DNA of 64,000 bases, taken from an uncultured Gammaproteobacteria bacterium (GTDB taxonomy: Bacteria > Pseudomonadota > Gammaproteobacteria > GCA-001735895). Below, piece by piece: positions 1-11,131 of this stretch. The notes under the pieces were generated by a model. It saw only the letters and a list, made by a program, of their open reading frames with translations, was not told the DNA's origin and did no database searches. The number at the start of each line of letters is the position of its first letter. The first letter of the stretch is position 1. Made by a program: the position numbers and the translations under genes. The stretch covers positions 57-64,056 of the forward strand of contig CAWIHJ010000015.1 in NCBI GenBank assembly GCA_963835795.1, in the 5' to 3' direction.

Positions 1-1456
1 TGCGCAGGTCCCAGGGCGAAGCCGGATTTGCGACTGTGCCGAAGGCTGGCAGCGTGGCTGCCGCGGCCAGCATCAACGCGCGCTTCAGCCGCTCGCTGTC
101 GTCGGCAAACAGTTGCGCGTGGTGGGTGGCGATAAACCCGGTGTCGAAATCGGCATCGCGAAACGCCGGCATGTCGACCAGCCGGCCGAGAAAATCCAGG
201 TTGGTGCTGAGACCGAGTATCTGGTACTGGCGCAATGCATGCGCAAGCCGCGCCAGTGCCGTTGGCCGATCGGCCGCGTGCACGATCAACTTGGCGATCA
301 TCGGGTCGTAGTTGATGCCGATGCTGTCGCCGCAGCGCACACCGGTATCAACGCGTACCTGCGCCGACAATTCGGGCAGTTGCAGGAAGCGGATTCGACC
401 CGCCGCCGGCATGAAATCGTGCCGCGGTGTCTCGGCGTAGATACGCGCCTCGAAGGCGTGTCCCCGCATCTCGATCTGTGCCTGCTGCAAGGGCAAGGGT
501 TCGCCCGAGGCAACCCGCAGCTGCCATTCCACCAGGTCCTGGCCACTGATCATCTCAGTCACCGGATGCTCGACCTGCAGGCGCGTATTCATTTCCATGA
601 AGAAAAAGCTGCCGTCCTCGTCGAGCAGAAACTCGACGGTTCCCGCACCCTGGTAATTGATGGCGCGCGCGCACTCGACCGCCGCCGCACCCATCTGCGC
701 GCGCAGCGCATCGTCAAGCCCGGGCGCCGGCGCTTCTTCGAGAATCTTCTGATGGCGGCGCTGGATCGAACAATCGCGCTCGAACAGGTGCACACAGTTT
801 CCGAGGGAGTCGGCGAACACCTGCATTTCGACATGGCGGGGACGCGTCAGGTAGCGTTCGATCAGCACTTCATCGTCGCCAAACGCCGCGCGCGCCTCGC
901 GCCGCGCCGAGATCAGGGCTGCCGCGAACTCGCTCTCCTTGTTCACCAGGCGCATCCCCTTGCCGCCGCCTCCGGCGCTCGCCTTGATCAGCTGGGGATA
1001 GCCAACAGCGCGTGATTCCTGCGCCAGGTTCAGGTCTTGCTGGTCTGCCCCGTGAAAGCCTGGAATCAGGGGTACGCCGGCGGCATGCATCAAGGCCTTG
1101 GCTTCACTCTTTGATCCCATGGCGTCGATGGCGCTCGCGGGTGGCCCGATAAAAACGATTCCGGCGGCTTCGCAGGCGCGCGCGAAATCGGCGTTTTCCG
1201 ATAAGAACCCGTAGCCCGGATGGATCGCCTCGGCGCCGCAGTCGCGCGCAACCTGGAGAATGAGTGCGGCGTTCAGGTAACTCTCGCTCGGGCTTGCGCC
1301 GCCGATGCAAAACGCCTGGTCGCAGCTTTCCACGTGCAATGTGTGACGATCGGCAGTGGAGTAAACCGCGACACTGGCGATACCGAGACGGCGTGCGGTA
1401 CGCGCGACGCGTACCGCGATTTCACCGCGATTGGCGATGAGTATCTTGTTAAACAT
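1..1456 (-). CDS. liuD: Methylcrotonyl-CoA (acyl-CoA) carboxylase alpha subunit, biotin carboxylase part. The 5' portion is in the window and the gene runs off the left edge.
   Basis: Manual minus-strand translation from the ATG at 1456-1454 gives MFNKILIANRGEIAVRVARTARRLGI...HPGYGFLSEN...EMNTRLQVEHPVTE, the ATP-grasp biotin carboxylase signature. The frame stays open to position 1. It is absent from the ORF track only because no stop lies in the window. It sits directly downstream of the MCC beta gene. Confidence 0.85.
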   Translation of the reverse strand, partial: MFNKILIANRGEIAVRVARTARRLGIASVAVYSTADRHTLHVESCDQAFCIGGASPSESYLNAALILQVARDCGAEAIHPGYGFLSENADFARACEAAGIVFIGPPASAIDAMGSKSEAKALMHAAGVPLIPGFHGADQQDLNLAQESRAVGYPQLIKASAGGGGKGMRLVNKESEFAAALISARREARAAFGDDEVLIERYLTRPRHVEMQVFADSLGNCVHLFERDCSIQRRHQKILEEAPAPGLDDALRAQMGAAAVECARAINYQGAGTVEFLLDEDGSFFFMEMNTRLQVEHPVTEMISGQDLVEWQLRVASGEPLPLQQAQIEMRGHAFEARIYAETPRHDFMPAAGRIRFLQLPELSAQVRVDTGVRCGDSIGINYDPMIAKLIVHAADRPTALARLAHALRQYQILGLSTNLDFLGRLVDMPAFRDADFDTGFIATHHAQLFADDSERLKRALMLAAAATLPAFGTVANPASPWDLR

Positions 1457-1479
1457 GTTGCGTCTCGATCATCGCTGCT

Positions 1480-3091
1480 TCACATCCGGAAAATGCCAAA
1501 CTCGGTGGTTTCGACCGGCGCGTTGAGCGCGGCTGACAAACCAAGCCCAAGCACCAGCCGTGAATCCGCCGGATCGATGATACCGTCATCCCACAGGCGT
1601 GCGGAGGCGTGGTAGGGATGCCCCTGGGCTTCGTACTGTTCGCGTATCGGTTGCTTGAAGTCCGCTTCATCCTGTTCTGCCCAGGACTCACCACGTGCCT
1701 CGATGCCATCGCGTTTGACCTGCGCCAGCACGGTTGCCGCCTGTTCACCCCCCATTACCGAAATGCGCGCATTGGGCCACATCCACAGGAAGCGGCCACC
1801 GTAAGCGCGCCCACACATGGCGTAGTTTCCAGCGCCGAAACTGCCGCCGACCACCAGCGTCAATTTGGGTACGCGTGCGCAGGCAACCGCGGTCACCATT
1901 TTCGCACCATCGCGCGCAATGCCGCGGTGTTCGTATTTCTGACCGACCATGAAGCCGGTGATGTTCTGCAAGAAAATCAACGGGATACGGCGCTTGGCGC
2001 ACAGCTCGACGAAGTGCGCACCCTTTAACGCCGACTCGGAAAACAGGATGCCATTGTTGGCGACTATGCCCACCGGAATCCCGAATATATGTGCAAAGCC
2101 GCAGATCAGCGTGGTGCCATAGAGTTGCTTGAACTCGTCGAACTCGCTGCGCGTCAACCAGGCGCGCGATGATTTCACGGATATCGAAAGGCTTGCGCAG
2201 GCTACTCGGCACGATGCCATAGAGTTCGTCGACGGGGTACCGGGGCTCCAGCGGTTTACGCAAGGCAATGTCAGGCTGCTTGAAACGATTGAGCGTGCCG
2301 ACGATATCGCGCGCCATGCTGAGCGCGTGTTCATCGTCCTGCGCGTAGTGATCGACTACCCCGGAAATGCGCGCGTGGACGTCGGCGCCGCCGAGATCTT
2401 CGGCGCTGACGACTTCCCCGGTGGCCGCTTTCACCAGCGGCGGCCCACCGAGAAATATGGTGCCCTGTTCGCGCACGATGATCGACTGGTCGCACATCGC
2501 CGGCACGTAAGCACCGCCCGCGGTACAGGAACCCATCACCACCGCAATCTGTGGAATACCACGGGCCGACATGTTCGCCTGGTTATAAAAAATGCGGCCG
2601 AAGTGTTCGCGGTCCGGAAACACGTCCTGCTGGCTCGGCAGGTGCGCCCCGCCCGAATCGACCAGGTAAATACAGGGCAGATTGTTCTGCGCCGCGATGT
2701 CCTGCGCACGCAAATGCTTCTTTACCGTGATCGGGTAATAGGTGCCACCTTTCACGGTCGCATCGTTGGCGACGATCATGCATTCCTGGTCGCGGATGCG
2801 GCCGATACCGGCGATCAATCCGCCGGCGGCAATATTATCTTCACCATACATTTCGTAGCCGGCGAACTGGCCGATTTCAAGAAAGGCGGACCCGGGATCG
2901 ATCAGGCGGTTGACGCGATCGCGCGGCAACAGCTTGTCGCGACTCAGGTGTTTGGCGCGTGCACGTTCACCGCCGCCCTCGGCAATGGTGGCAACCTTTG
3001 CATTCAGATCGTCTACCAGCGCCCGCATCGCCTCGCGATTCTGCACAAATTCGGCGTTGCGACTGCTGATTTTTGATTCAATGATACTCAT
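1480..3091 (-). pseudogene. liuB: Methylcrotonyl-CoA carboxylase beta (carboxyltransferase) subunit, split by one +1 frame break near 2155.
   Basis: ORFs 1745..3091(-) and 1480..2334(-) join into one carboxyltransferase: ...[10 protein letters not shown] | [23 protein letters not shown].... Total length is 1612 nt = 3n+1. Confidence 0.85.
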
Positions 3092-4227
3092 CGGCCTGCC
3101 ACCAGTTCGCGTGCAATCACCAGGCGCTGAACATCGCTGGTGCCCTCGTATATCTGCGCCACGCGAACATCGCGCGCAATGCGTTCCAGCGGAAAGTCAC
3201 GCAGGTAACCGTAGCCGCCGAGCACCTGGATTGCGGCGGAACAGATTTTCTCGGCGACTTCCGAGGCGAACAACTTGGCCTGGCTGGCCTGTCGCAAGCA
3301 GGGAACACCCGCATCGCGCAGGCGCGCGGCGTGGTGCACCATCAGACGCGCTGCATCGAGCTGGGTCGCCATGTCGGCGAGCCGAAAGGCAACCGCCTGG
3401 TGCTCGACAATCGGTTTGCCGAAACTGTTGCGCTCACGGGCGTAGGCAAGTGCGCACTCGTAGGCCGCGCGCGCCATGCCGACGCACTGCGCACCGATGC
3501 CGATGCGCCCGCCTTCGAGATTCATCAGGGCAATCTTGTAGCCCTCGCCTTCGCGGCCGATCAAATGGCTCGCTGGCACCACGCAATCGCGCAGAAAAAC
3601 CTGCACCGTATCCGAGGCATGTTGACCCATTTTCTGTTCGGGCGCGCCTGCCTGGTAGCCGGGATTGTCGGTGGGCACGACAAATGCGCTAATCCCTTTC
3701 TTGCCGGCCTCGGCGTCGGTGACCGCGAACACGATCGCAACGTCGGCATTCTTGCCCGAGGTAATAAAAGCCTTGCTGCCGTTTAACACGAACTCGTCGC
3801 CGCGACGCTCGGCGCACGTGCGCAGCGCGGCCGCGTCGGAACCCGCCTGGGGTTCGGTCAGGCAAAAACAACCGAGGCTTGCACCGCTGGCGAGTGGCCG
3901 CAGAAACTGTTCTTTCTGCCAGGCGTCACCCGAGGCCAGCAATACCCCGCAGACCACCGAGTTGTTGACACTCAGAATGGTCGACAACGCACCATCGCCG
4001 GCGGCCACTTCTTCGATGGCGAGCGCAAACGACAGGTAGTCGGCGCCGCTGCCGCCCCATTCCTCGGGCACGAACATGCCAAACAGGCCGAGCTCGGCCA
4101 TCTGCGTCAACTGCTCGCGCGGGAAATGGCTATCGCGATCCCAGCTTGCGGCATGCGGCAGAATTTGCTCGCGCACAAACTCGCGCACCGCGTCGCGGAT
4201 CAGGCTCTGTTCTTCGCTTAAATACAT
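3088..4227 (-). CDS. Acyl-CoA dehydrogenase (short/branched-chain type).
   Basis: ORF 3088..4284(-). The likely start is MYLSEEQ at 4227. ACAD motifs are present: [10 protein letters not shown] and the C-terminal [21 protein letters not shown] overlap with the downstream gene. Confidence 0.85.
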   Translation of the reverse strand: MYLSEEQSLIRDAVREFVREQILPHAASWDRDSHFPREQLTQMAELGLFGMFVPEEWGGSGADYLSFALAIEEVAAGDGALSTILSVNNSVVCGVLLASGDAWQKEQFLRPLASGASLGCFCLTEPQAGSDAAALRTCAERRGDEFVLNGSKAFITSGKNADVAIVFAVTDAEAGKKGISAFVVPTDNPGYQAGAPEQKMGQHASDTVQVFLRDCVVPASHLIGREGEGYKIALMNLEGGRIGIGAQCVGMARAAYECALAYARERNSFGKPIVEHQAVAFRLADMATQLDAARLMVHHAARLRDAGVPCLRQASQAKLFASEVAEKICSAAIQVLGGYGYLRDFPLERIARDVRVAQIYEGTSDVQRLVIARELVAGR

Positions 4228-4235
4228 GGGTCGTG

Positions 4236-5417
4236 CTAAACCAGCTCGAGTGCAATCGCGGTGGCTTCGCCACCGCCGATGCACAGACTGGCGACGCCCT
4301 TTTTCAGCCCGCGCCGTTGTAGCGCGGCGATCAGCGTGACCAGGATGCGCGCGCCGGATGCGCCGATCGGATGGCCTAATGCACAGGCGCCGCCGTTGAC
4401 GTTCACCTTGGCGTGATCGAGCCCGAGATCCTTCATCGCCGCCATGGTAACCACCGCAAAGGCTTCGTTGATTTCGTACAGGTCAACCTCGTCGGCAGAC
4501 CAGTTGGCGGCTTCCAGCACTTTTTGCATGGCGCCAACCGGTGCGGTGGTGAACCAGGCGGGTTCATGCGCGTGGGTCGCATGCGCGCGGATCACCGCCA
4601 ACGGGTTCAGCGCGCGCTGCTCGGCCTGCGACGCGCGCATCAGCACCAGCGCCGCCGCACCGTCCGAGATCGAGCTTGAGTTGGCGGCAGTTACGGTACC
4701 GTCGGCGCGAAACGCCGGGCGCAGCCCGGGGATCTTGTCGAGGTTGGCATTGAATGGCTGTTCATCGGTGTCGACCGTGACTTCGCCCTTGCGCGTTTGC
4801 ATCACCACCGGGGTTATTTCATCGGCAAAGGCGCCGCTTTCGATCGCCTGGCGGGCACGCTGCAGCGAAGCGATCGCAAAAGCATCCTGCTGCTCGCGCG
4901 TGAAGCCATAATGCTCCGCCGTATTTTCAGCGAAAACGCCCATCAACTTGCCCTTGTCGTAGGCATCCTCGAGGCCGTCGAGAAACATGTGATCCAGCAC
5001 CTGGCCGTGCCCCATGCGCATTCCCGCGCGCGCCTTGGGAAGCAGGTAGGGTGAGTTACTCATGCTTTCGAAGCCACCGGCGAGCATGATTTGATTGCTG
5101 CCGGCCTTCAATAAATCGTGGGCCAACATGGCGGCTTTCATTCCCGACCCGCACATCTTGTTAACCGTGGTGCAGCCGGTGGCGAGCGACAAACCTGCGC
5201 CGAGCGCCGCCTGTCGCGCCGGCGCCTGGCCGAGGCCAGCCGGTAACACGCAGCCCATGATGACTTCGTCGACAGCATCGACGGGCGCCTTGCTGCGTTC
5301 GACGGCGGCGCGGATTGCGGCCGCGCCCAACTCCATCGCGGTGGCGTTTGCCAGCACACCCTGGAAGCCGCCCATCGGTGTCCGCGCTATTCCGGTTATG
5401 ACGATATCTTCGCCCAT
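4236..5417 (-). CDS. Acetyl-CoA C-acyltransferase (thiolase II).
   Basis: ORF 4236..5450(-), likely start MGEDIVITG at 5417. Thiolase motifs: [38 protein letters not shown]. Confidence 0.85.
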   Translation of the reverse strand: MGEDIVITGIARTPMGGFQGVLANATAMELGAAAIRAAVERSKAPVDAVDEVIMGCVLPAGLGQAPARQAALGAGLSLATGCTTVNKMCGSGMKAAMLAHDLLKAGSNQIMLAGGFESMSNSPYLLPKARAGMRMGHGQVLDHMFLDGLEDAYDKGKLMGVFAENTAEHYGFTREQQDAFAIASLQRARQAIESGAFADEITPVVMQTRKGEVTVDTDEQPFNANLDKIPGLRPAFRADGTVTAANSSSISDGAAALVLMRASQAEQRALNPLAVIRAHATHAHEPAWFTTAPVGAMQKVLEAANWSADEVDLYEINEAFAVVTMAAMKDLGLDHAKVNVNGGACALGHPIGASGARILVTLIAALQRRGLKKGVASLCIGGGEATAIALELV

Positions 5418-5456
5418 GTCAGTCTCTGTATTAATAGTGTTTGAAAACAATAAAAC

Positions 5457-6620
5457 TTAAGCGGTTTCGTTAAACAGTTCGCGTCCGATCAGCATGCGCC
5501 TGATTTCCGAAGTGCCCGCACCGATCTCGTAAAGCTTGGCATCGCGCAACAGGCGCCCCACCGGATACTCGTTGGTGTAGCCATTGCCACCGAGCGCCTG
5601 GATGGCCTCGAGCGCCATCCAGGTCGCCTTTTCCGCGGCGTAGAGGATCGCACCAGCCGCATCCTTGCGCGTGGTTTCGCCGCGATCGCAAGCCTTGCCA
5701 ACCGCGTAGACATAGGCGCGGCAGGCATTCATCGTGGTATACATGTCGGCCAGTTTACCCTGCATCAGTTCAAACTCGCCAATCGCCTGTCCGAACTGCT
5801 TGCGTTCGTGCACGTAGGGCACGACCGCGTCCATGCAGGCCTGCATGATGCCGAGCGGCCCGGCCGACAGCACCGCGCGTTCGAAGTCGAGGCCACTCAT
5901 CAATACCGCCGCACCGCGATTGATTTCACCGAGCAGGTTCTGCTCGGGCACTTCGACATCCTTGAACACCAGTTCACCGGTATTGGAGCCGCGCATGCCG
6001 AGCTTGTCCAGCTTTTGCGCGGTCGTAAAACCGAAGGCTTTTTCGACCAGGAAGGCGCTGATGCCACGCGACCCCGCCTGCGGGTCGGTCTTCGCGTAGA
6101 CCACGATCACATCCGCATCCGGGCCATTGGTAATCCACATCTTGGTGCCGTTCAGCAGGTAACCGTTCGCGGTTTTCTCGGCCTTCATCTGCAGACTGAC
6201 CACATCCGAACCCGAGTTCGGCTCCGACATCGCCAGCGCACCGATGTACTCACCGCTGATCAGTTTCGGCAGGTATTGCTGCTTTTGCGCCTCGCTGCCG
6301 TTGCGGTTGATCTGGTTGACGCAGAGGTTGGAATGCGCCCCGTAGCTGAGCCCTACCGACGCCGAGGCGCGACTGACTTCCTCCATCGCGATGATGTGCG
6401 CCAGGTACCCCATGGCGCTGCCGCCGTAGGTTTCCGCCACGGTGATGCCGAGCAAGCCCATCTCGCCGAGCTTGGGCCAGAGTTCATTGGGAAATTCATT
6501 GCTGCGATCGATCTCGGCCGCGCGCGGCGCGATTTCAGCCTGCGCGAAATCATGCACGACATCGCGCAGCAAATCGATGCTGTCACCCAGATCAAAATTC
6601 AACGAAGGTATGTGGATCAT
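5457..6620 (-). CDS. liuA: Isovaleryl-CoA dehydrogenase.
   Basis: 387-aa intact ORF with ACAD fold motifs ([29 protein letters not shown]). Located next to liuR and the MCC subunits. Confidence 0.88.
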   Translation of the reverse strand: MIHIPSLNFDLGDSIDLLRDVVHDFAQAEIAPRAAEIDRSNEFPNELWPKLGEMGLLGITVAETYGGSAMGYLAHIIAMEEVSRASASVGLSYGAHSNLCVNQINRNGSEAQKQQYLPKLISGEYIGALAMSEPNSGSDVVSLQMKAEKTANGYLLNGTKMWITNGPDADVIVVYAKTDPQAGSRGISAFLVEKAFGFTTAQKLDKLGMRGSNTGELVFKDVEVPEQNLLGEINRGAAVLMSGLDFERAVLSAGPLGIMQACMDAVVPYVHERKQFGQAIGEFELMQGKLADMYTTMNACRAYVYAVGKACDRGETTRKDAAGAILYAAEKATWMALEAIQALGGNGYTNEYPVGRLLRDAKLYEIGAGTSEIRRMLIGRELFNETA

Positions 6621-6634
6621 GCAAATGCTCCCGG

Positions 6635-7069
6635 TTAAGCGCGGCGCTTCTTGCGGCGCAGGTCAATCAGCGACTGCTCGGCGTTGTTTTCAACCTGCTG
6701 CAGGTCGAGCAAGGCGTGATCGATGTCTTCGCGCTGCGCGAGCAAGGCTTCGCGTCGCTCGCGCAGTTTCACCAGCATCGATTCTAACTGCGCGACCTCG
6801 CCCAGGCTCGAATCGTACAGGTCAAAGGATTCTCGAATTTCGGATAACGACCAGCCAAGCCGCTTGCCGCGCAGGATCAGGCGCAGGCGCACGCGATCGC
6901 GTTCGCTGTAGATGCGGCGGGTGCCGTCACGCGCCGGATCGAGCAAGGCTTCTTCTTCGTAAACCCGCAGGGTACGCGAGGTAATGTCGAATTCTTCGGC
7001 CAGCTCGCCAATGCTGTAGCTGCGACCACCGCTCCCCATGGCTTGCATGGATGCCCCGGTATCACTCAT
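6635..7069 (-). CDS. liuR: MerR-family transcriptional regulator, LiuR-type.
   Basis: 144-aa ORF with an N-terminal MerR HTH ([26 protein letters not shown]) and a coiled-coil tail. Positioned at the head of the liu genes. Confidence 0.8.
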   Translation of the reverse strand: MSDTGASMQAMGSGGRSYSIGELAEEFDITSRTLRVYEEEALLDPARDGTRRIYSERDRVRLRLILRGKRLGWSLSEIRESFDLYDSSLGEVAQLESMLVKLRERREALLAQREDIDHALLDLQQVENNAEQSLIDLRRKKRRA

Positions 7070-7508
7070 TTGCGTACACCGCCATCAGGGTTCCCGTCAT
7101 GCTGGCCACCGGCTTCGACCCCTGGTTGCCGACGGCGAACAATTCAGATTCAGCGACGAATACGCTGCGCCCGGATTTGCGTACCTTGCCGACCGCGCGA
7201 AAGCGCTCGCCCGCGGCGGGCGCGAGTAGGTTGATCTTGAATTCGATGGTCAGCACCCTGGCCTCCGCCGGCATCAGGCTGAAGGCGGCGTAACCGCAGG
7301 CGCTGTCCATGATGATCGACGACACACCGGCATGAATGAATCCGTCCTGCTGGGTCAGGCGCTGGTCATAGGGCAACTCGATCACGACTCGACCCGGCGC
7401 CACCTCGACCAGCTCGGCGCCAATGGTCTGCATGACGGTTTGCGCGGCAAAGCTCTGCGTTACGCGCGCTTTGAAATCGGGATCTCTGGGCTCAAACTGG
7501 CTAGTCAT
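7062..7508 (-). CDS. PaaI/hotdog-fold acyl-CoA thioesterase.
   Basis: This is the 3' 149 codons of ORF 7062..8141(-), starting MTSQFEPRDPDF at 7508. Hotdog motif GFIHAGVSSIIMDSACGYA. The upstream part of the listed ORF is antisense to icmF and is not counted. 8-nt overlap with liuR. Confidence 0.7.
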   Translation of the reverse strand: MTSQFEPRDPDFKARVTQSFAAQTVMQTIGAELVEVAPGRVVIELPYDQRLTQQDGFIHAGVSSIIMDSACGYAAFSLMPAEARVLTIEFKINLLAPAAGERFRAVGKVRKSGRSVFVAESELFAVGNQGSKPVASMTGTLMAVYANE

Positions 7509-7560
7509 AGGTTCGCGTGTTAAAACAAGTCTCGTCGGCGCTAGTTGAGTCAAACATTGG

Positions 7561-7576
7561 TTGACGTTAACGTCAA
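7561..7576. promoter_or_regulatory. Perfect 16-bp palindrome TTGACGTTAACGTCAA, a candidate LiuR (MerR-type) operator in the divergent thioesterase-liuR / icmF control region.
   Basis: Seen directly in the sequence. It is the only strong dyad in the 126-bp intergenic region 7509..7634. The assignment to LiuR is an inference from position and from the ACGT-containing dyads described for LiuR regulons. Confidence 0.45.
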
Positions 7577-7634
7577 CGTAAGTTAATTTATATCGCCGCG
7601 CAATGCAACCACATAATCCCGCTGAGGCAGTGCC

Positions 7635-10600
7635 ATGAGTAGCGCACCACAAAAGGTGATCAATATTCCATCCGCACAGGCGAATAGCGCCAGGCTCCGC
7701 TTCGTCACCGCCGCCAGCCTGTTCGACGGCCACGACGCGGCGATCAACATCATGCGCCGCATCCTGCAATCCTCGGGCGCCGAGGTCATCCACCTCGGGC
7801 ACAATCGCTCGGTCGCCGAGATCGTCAACGCCGCGGTGCAGGAAGACGTGCACGCCATCGCCCTGAGTTCCTACCAGGGCGGTCACGTCGAGTACCTCAA
7901 GTACATGGTCGACATGCTGCGCGACAAGGGCCGCCCCGATATTCGCGTCTTTGCCGGCGGTGGCGGGGTCATCATACCGGCCGAAATCCGCGAGCTCGAA
8001 GACTACGGCGTAACCCGGATCTATTCGCCCGAAGACGGGCAGAAAATGGGGTTGCAAGGTCTGATCACCGATATGCTGGAGCGCTGCCAGTACGATCCGG
8101 CGGCGAATGCGCCCACTGCACTCGATGCCTTGAACGGGCACGACACCGCGGCGCTCGCCAGCCTGATCAGCGGGCTTGAAAACCAGCGCGTCGATGAAGG
8201 CTTGCGCGAACAGATTCGCAAATTAGCGGCTGAGCGCAAGATTCCCGTGCTCGGTATTACCGGCACCGGTGGTTCGGGCAAGTCGTCGCTAACCGACGAA
8301 GTCATTCGCCGCTTCCGTCTCGACTATGCCGACGAATTGCGCATCGCCATCGTGGCGATCGATCCGACGCGGCGCAAGACCGGCGGATCGCTGCTCGGCG
8401 ACCGTATCCGCATGAATGCGATCGACCACCCCAACATCTATATGCGCTCGCTGGCCACGCGCGATTCGGTTGGCGAAATCCCCGAGGTAGTGAGTGACGT
8501 GATAGCCGCCTGCAAACTCTGTGATTTCGATTTCATCATCATCGAAACGCCCGGCATCGGCCAGGGTGACGCCGCGATTGTGCCGCTGGTGGATGTTTCA
8601 CTGTATGTCATGACGCCGGAATTCGGCGCGCAAAGCCAGCTCGAAAAGATCGACATGCTCGACTTCGCCGACGTGGTCGCGATCAACAAGTTCGACCGCA
8701 AGGGCGCCGAGGACGCCTACCGCGACGTCTGCAAGCAGGTACAGCGCAACCGCGCGGCCTTCTCGAAGCCGATCGACAAGATGCCGGTATTCGGCACCAT
8801 CGCCGCTCGTTTCAATGACGACGGTACGACCGCGCTGTACCAGCAGGTGCAGGCCAGGCTGGAGGATATCGGGCTGGCTGCCAGCAGCGCGCGGCTGCCG
8901 CGCGTCAGCACGCGTAAATCCACCGCGGCGACCGTCATCGTGCCGACCGAGCGCGTGCGTTACCTGGCCGAAATCGCCGGCCACGGTACGCGACTACCAC
9001 CGTCACGCTCGCGAGCAGGTCCAACTGGCGCGCGAACGCCAGCAACTGCTGGAAACACGGCGCATGCTCGGTGAGCAGGATCAGGCCAACCCGACGCTCG
9101 ACACCCTGATAGCCGCGCGTGAGCAGGCCCTCGACAGCGCTTCGCACAAGCTGCTCGAACAATGGCCGGCGATACGCGAGAGCTACTCCGGCGACGAATA
9201 CGTGGTGCACATCCGCGACCGCGAGATTCGCACCGAGCTCAAGTACCAGACGCTGTCCGGTTCGAGTATTCCCAAGGTCTCGCTGCCGGACTACGAAGAT
9301 CACGGCGAGCTGTTGAAGTGGCTGCTGCTGGAAAACCTGCCCGGCAGTTTTCCGTTCACCGCCGGGGTATTCGCGTTCAAGCGCGAAGGCGAAGATCCGA
9401 CGCGCATGTTCGCCGGTGAAGGCGATGCGTTTCGCACCAATCGGCGTTTCAAGGAGCTCTCCGAACACTCCGCCGCCAAACGCCTGTCGACCGCCTTCGA
9501 CTCGGTCACGCTGTACGGCTGCGATCCGGACGAGCGCCCCGACATCTACGGCAAGGTCGGCAATTCCGGCGTGTCGATCGCCACCCTGGATGACATGAAG
9601 GTGCTGTACGACGGCTTCGATCTGTGCAATCCGACCACCTCGGTGTCGATGACCATCAACGGCCCGGCGCCGATCATCCTGGCGATGTACCTGAACACCG
9701 CGATCGACCAGCAGCTGGAACGATTCGACAGCGAGAACGAGCGCGCACCCACCGACGCAGGAGATCGACAAGATTCGCGCCTGGGCGCTGGAAAACATCC
9801 GCGGCACGGTGCAGGCCGATATCCTCAAGGAAGACCAGGGGCAGAACACCTGCATCTTTTCCACCGAGTTTGCGCTCAAGATGATGGGCGATATCCAGCA
9901 GTATTTCATCGATCACCGCATTCGCAACTTTTACTCGGTGTCGATTTCCGGTTACCACATCGCCGAAGCCGGCGCCAACCCGATCTCGCAGCTCGCCTTC
10001 ACCCTCGCCAACGGTTTCACCTTCGTCGAGACCTACCTCGCGCGCGGCATGCACATCGACGACTTTGCGCCCAACCTGTCGTTCTTCTTCAGCAACGGCA
10101 TGGATCCGGAATACACGGTCATGGGCCGCGTCGCGCGGCGCATCTGGGCGACGGCGATGCGCGATCAAGTACGGCGCCAACGAGCGCAGCCAGAAACTCA
10201 AGTATCACATCCAGACTTCCGGCCGCTCGCTGCACGCCCAGGAAATGGATTTCAACGATATCCGCACCACGCTGCAGGCGCTGATCGCCATCTACGACAA
10301 CTGCAACAGCCTGCACACCAACGCCTTCGACGAGGCGATCACCACGCCGACCGACGAATCGGTGCGCCGCGCGCTGGCGATCCAGCTGATCATCAACAAC
10401 GAGTGGGGGCTGGCGAAAAACGAGAACCCCAACCAGGGCGCGTTCATCATCGACGAGCTGACCGACCTGGTCGAAGAAGCGGTGTTGCAGGAATTCGAAC
10501 GCATCTCCGAGCGCGGCGGCGTGCTCGGCGCGATGGAAACCGGCTACCAGCGCGGCAGGATCCAGGACGAGTCGATGCTCTACGAACATCGCAAGCACGA

Positions 10601-10899
10601 CGGCACGCTGCCGATCATCGGGGTCAACACCTTCCTCAACCCGGACGGCAACGCCGATCACGAAATCGAACTGGCGCGCTCCACCGACGAAGAAAAACAG
10701 AGCCAGATCAAGCGCCTGCGTGATTTTCAGGCAAGCCACGCAGGATACCCGGGCGGCGGCACTGGCAGCGGTGCAGCAGGCAGCCATCAACAACGACAAC
10801 ATCTTCGCCGAACTGGTCAACGCGGTGCGCCACTGCTCGCTCGGCGAAATCACCAACGCGCTGTTCGAAGTCGGCGGCCAGTATCGACGCAACATGTAG
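7635..10899 (+). pseudogene. icmF: Fused isobutyryl-CoA mutase IcmF (B12-binding domain + MeaB-like GTPase + mutase domain), interrupted by four +1 frame breaks (~8985, ~9755, ~10155, ~10745).
   Basis: ORFs 7635..9074, 8815..10284, 9809..10723 and 10065..10982 plus a final frame ending [14 protein letters not shown] at 10899 concatenate into one ~1086-aa protein. Motifs: [79 protein letters not shown]. The frames run 0>1>2>0>1. Confidence 0.9.
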
Positions 10900-10940
10900 T
10901 CATAATCCTGCAAAAAAACACCGTACCCAATAAAAAAATC

Positions 10941-10965
10941 GTCATTCCCGCGCAAGCGGGAATCT
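10941..10965 (+). repeat. REP-like palindromic unit GTCATTCCCGCGCAAGCGGGAATCT.
   Basis: Hairpin ATTCCCGC-GCAA-GCGGGAAT in the icmF-hbd spacer. The same GTCATTCCCGCGCA core recurs at 19249 and 19273. Confidence 0.6.
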
Positions 10966-11054
10966 TTCACCGAGCTACGTAATGTAAAATTCGGACAACA
11001 CGAACCGGCCTGGCGGGTTTTGCGCTGGGCCTATTTTTGATCAATCATTGCAAG

Positions 11055-11095
11055 ATTCCTGCTTGCGCCGGTTCGACGCATCGAGGAATGACGGT
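11055..11095 (-). repeat. Divergent REP-like unit in the opposite orientation (minus strand reads CGTCATTCCTCGATGCG...GCAAGCAGGAAT).
   Basis: Minus-strand CGTCATTCCT with a complementary AGGAAT arm. It forms an inverted pair with the unit at 10941. Confidence 0.4.
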
Positions 11096-11131
11096 TATCC
11101 CTGAGGATAGGGTTTACAAAAACGAGGACAT

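Noticed and set aside
113-1015. A 300-aa plus-strand ORF, and similar long ORFs at 2129..3076(+), 5808..6638(+), 8935..9909(-), 17211..18179(-), 18298..19287(-), 35237..36133(-), 43884..44945(+), 45378..46586(-), 47345..48493(-) and 52145..52945(-).
   Set aside because: All are antisense to, or out of frame with, genes that have strong family signatures. Their translations are Arg/Gly/His-rich and motif-free, as expected for stop-poor alternative frames in GC-rich DNA.
7062-8141. A 359-aa minus-strand ORF extending across the icmF start.
   Set aside because: Only the last 149 codons (from the ATG at 7508) look like a hotdog thioesterase. The upstream portion runs through the intergenic operator region and is antisense to icmF.
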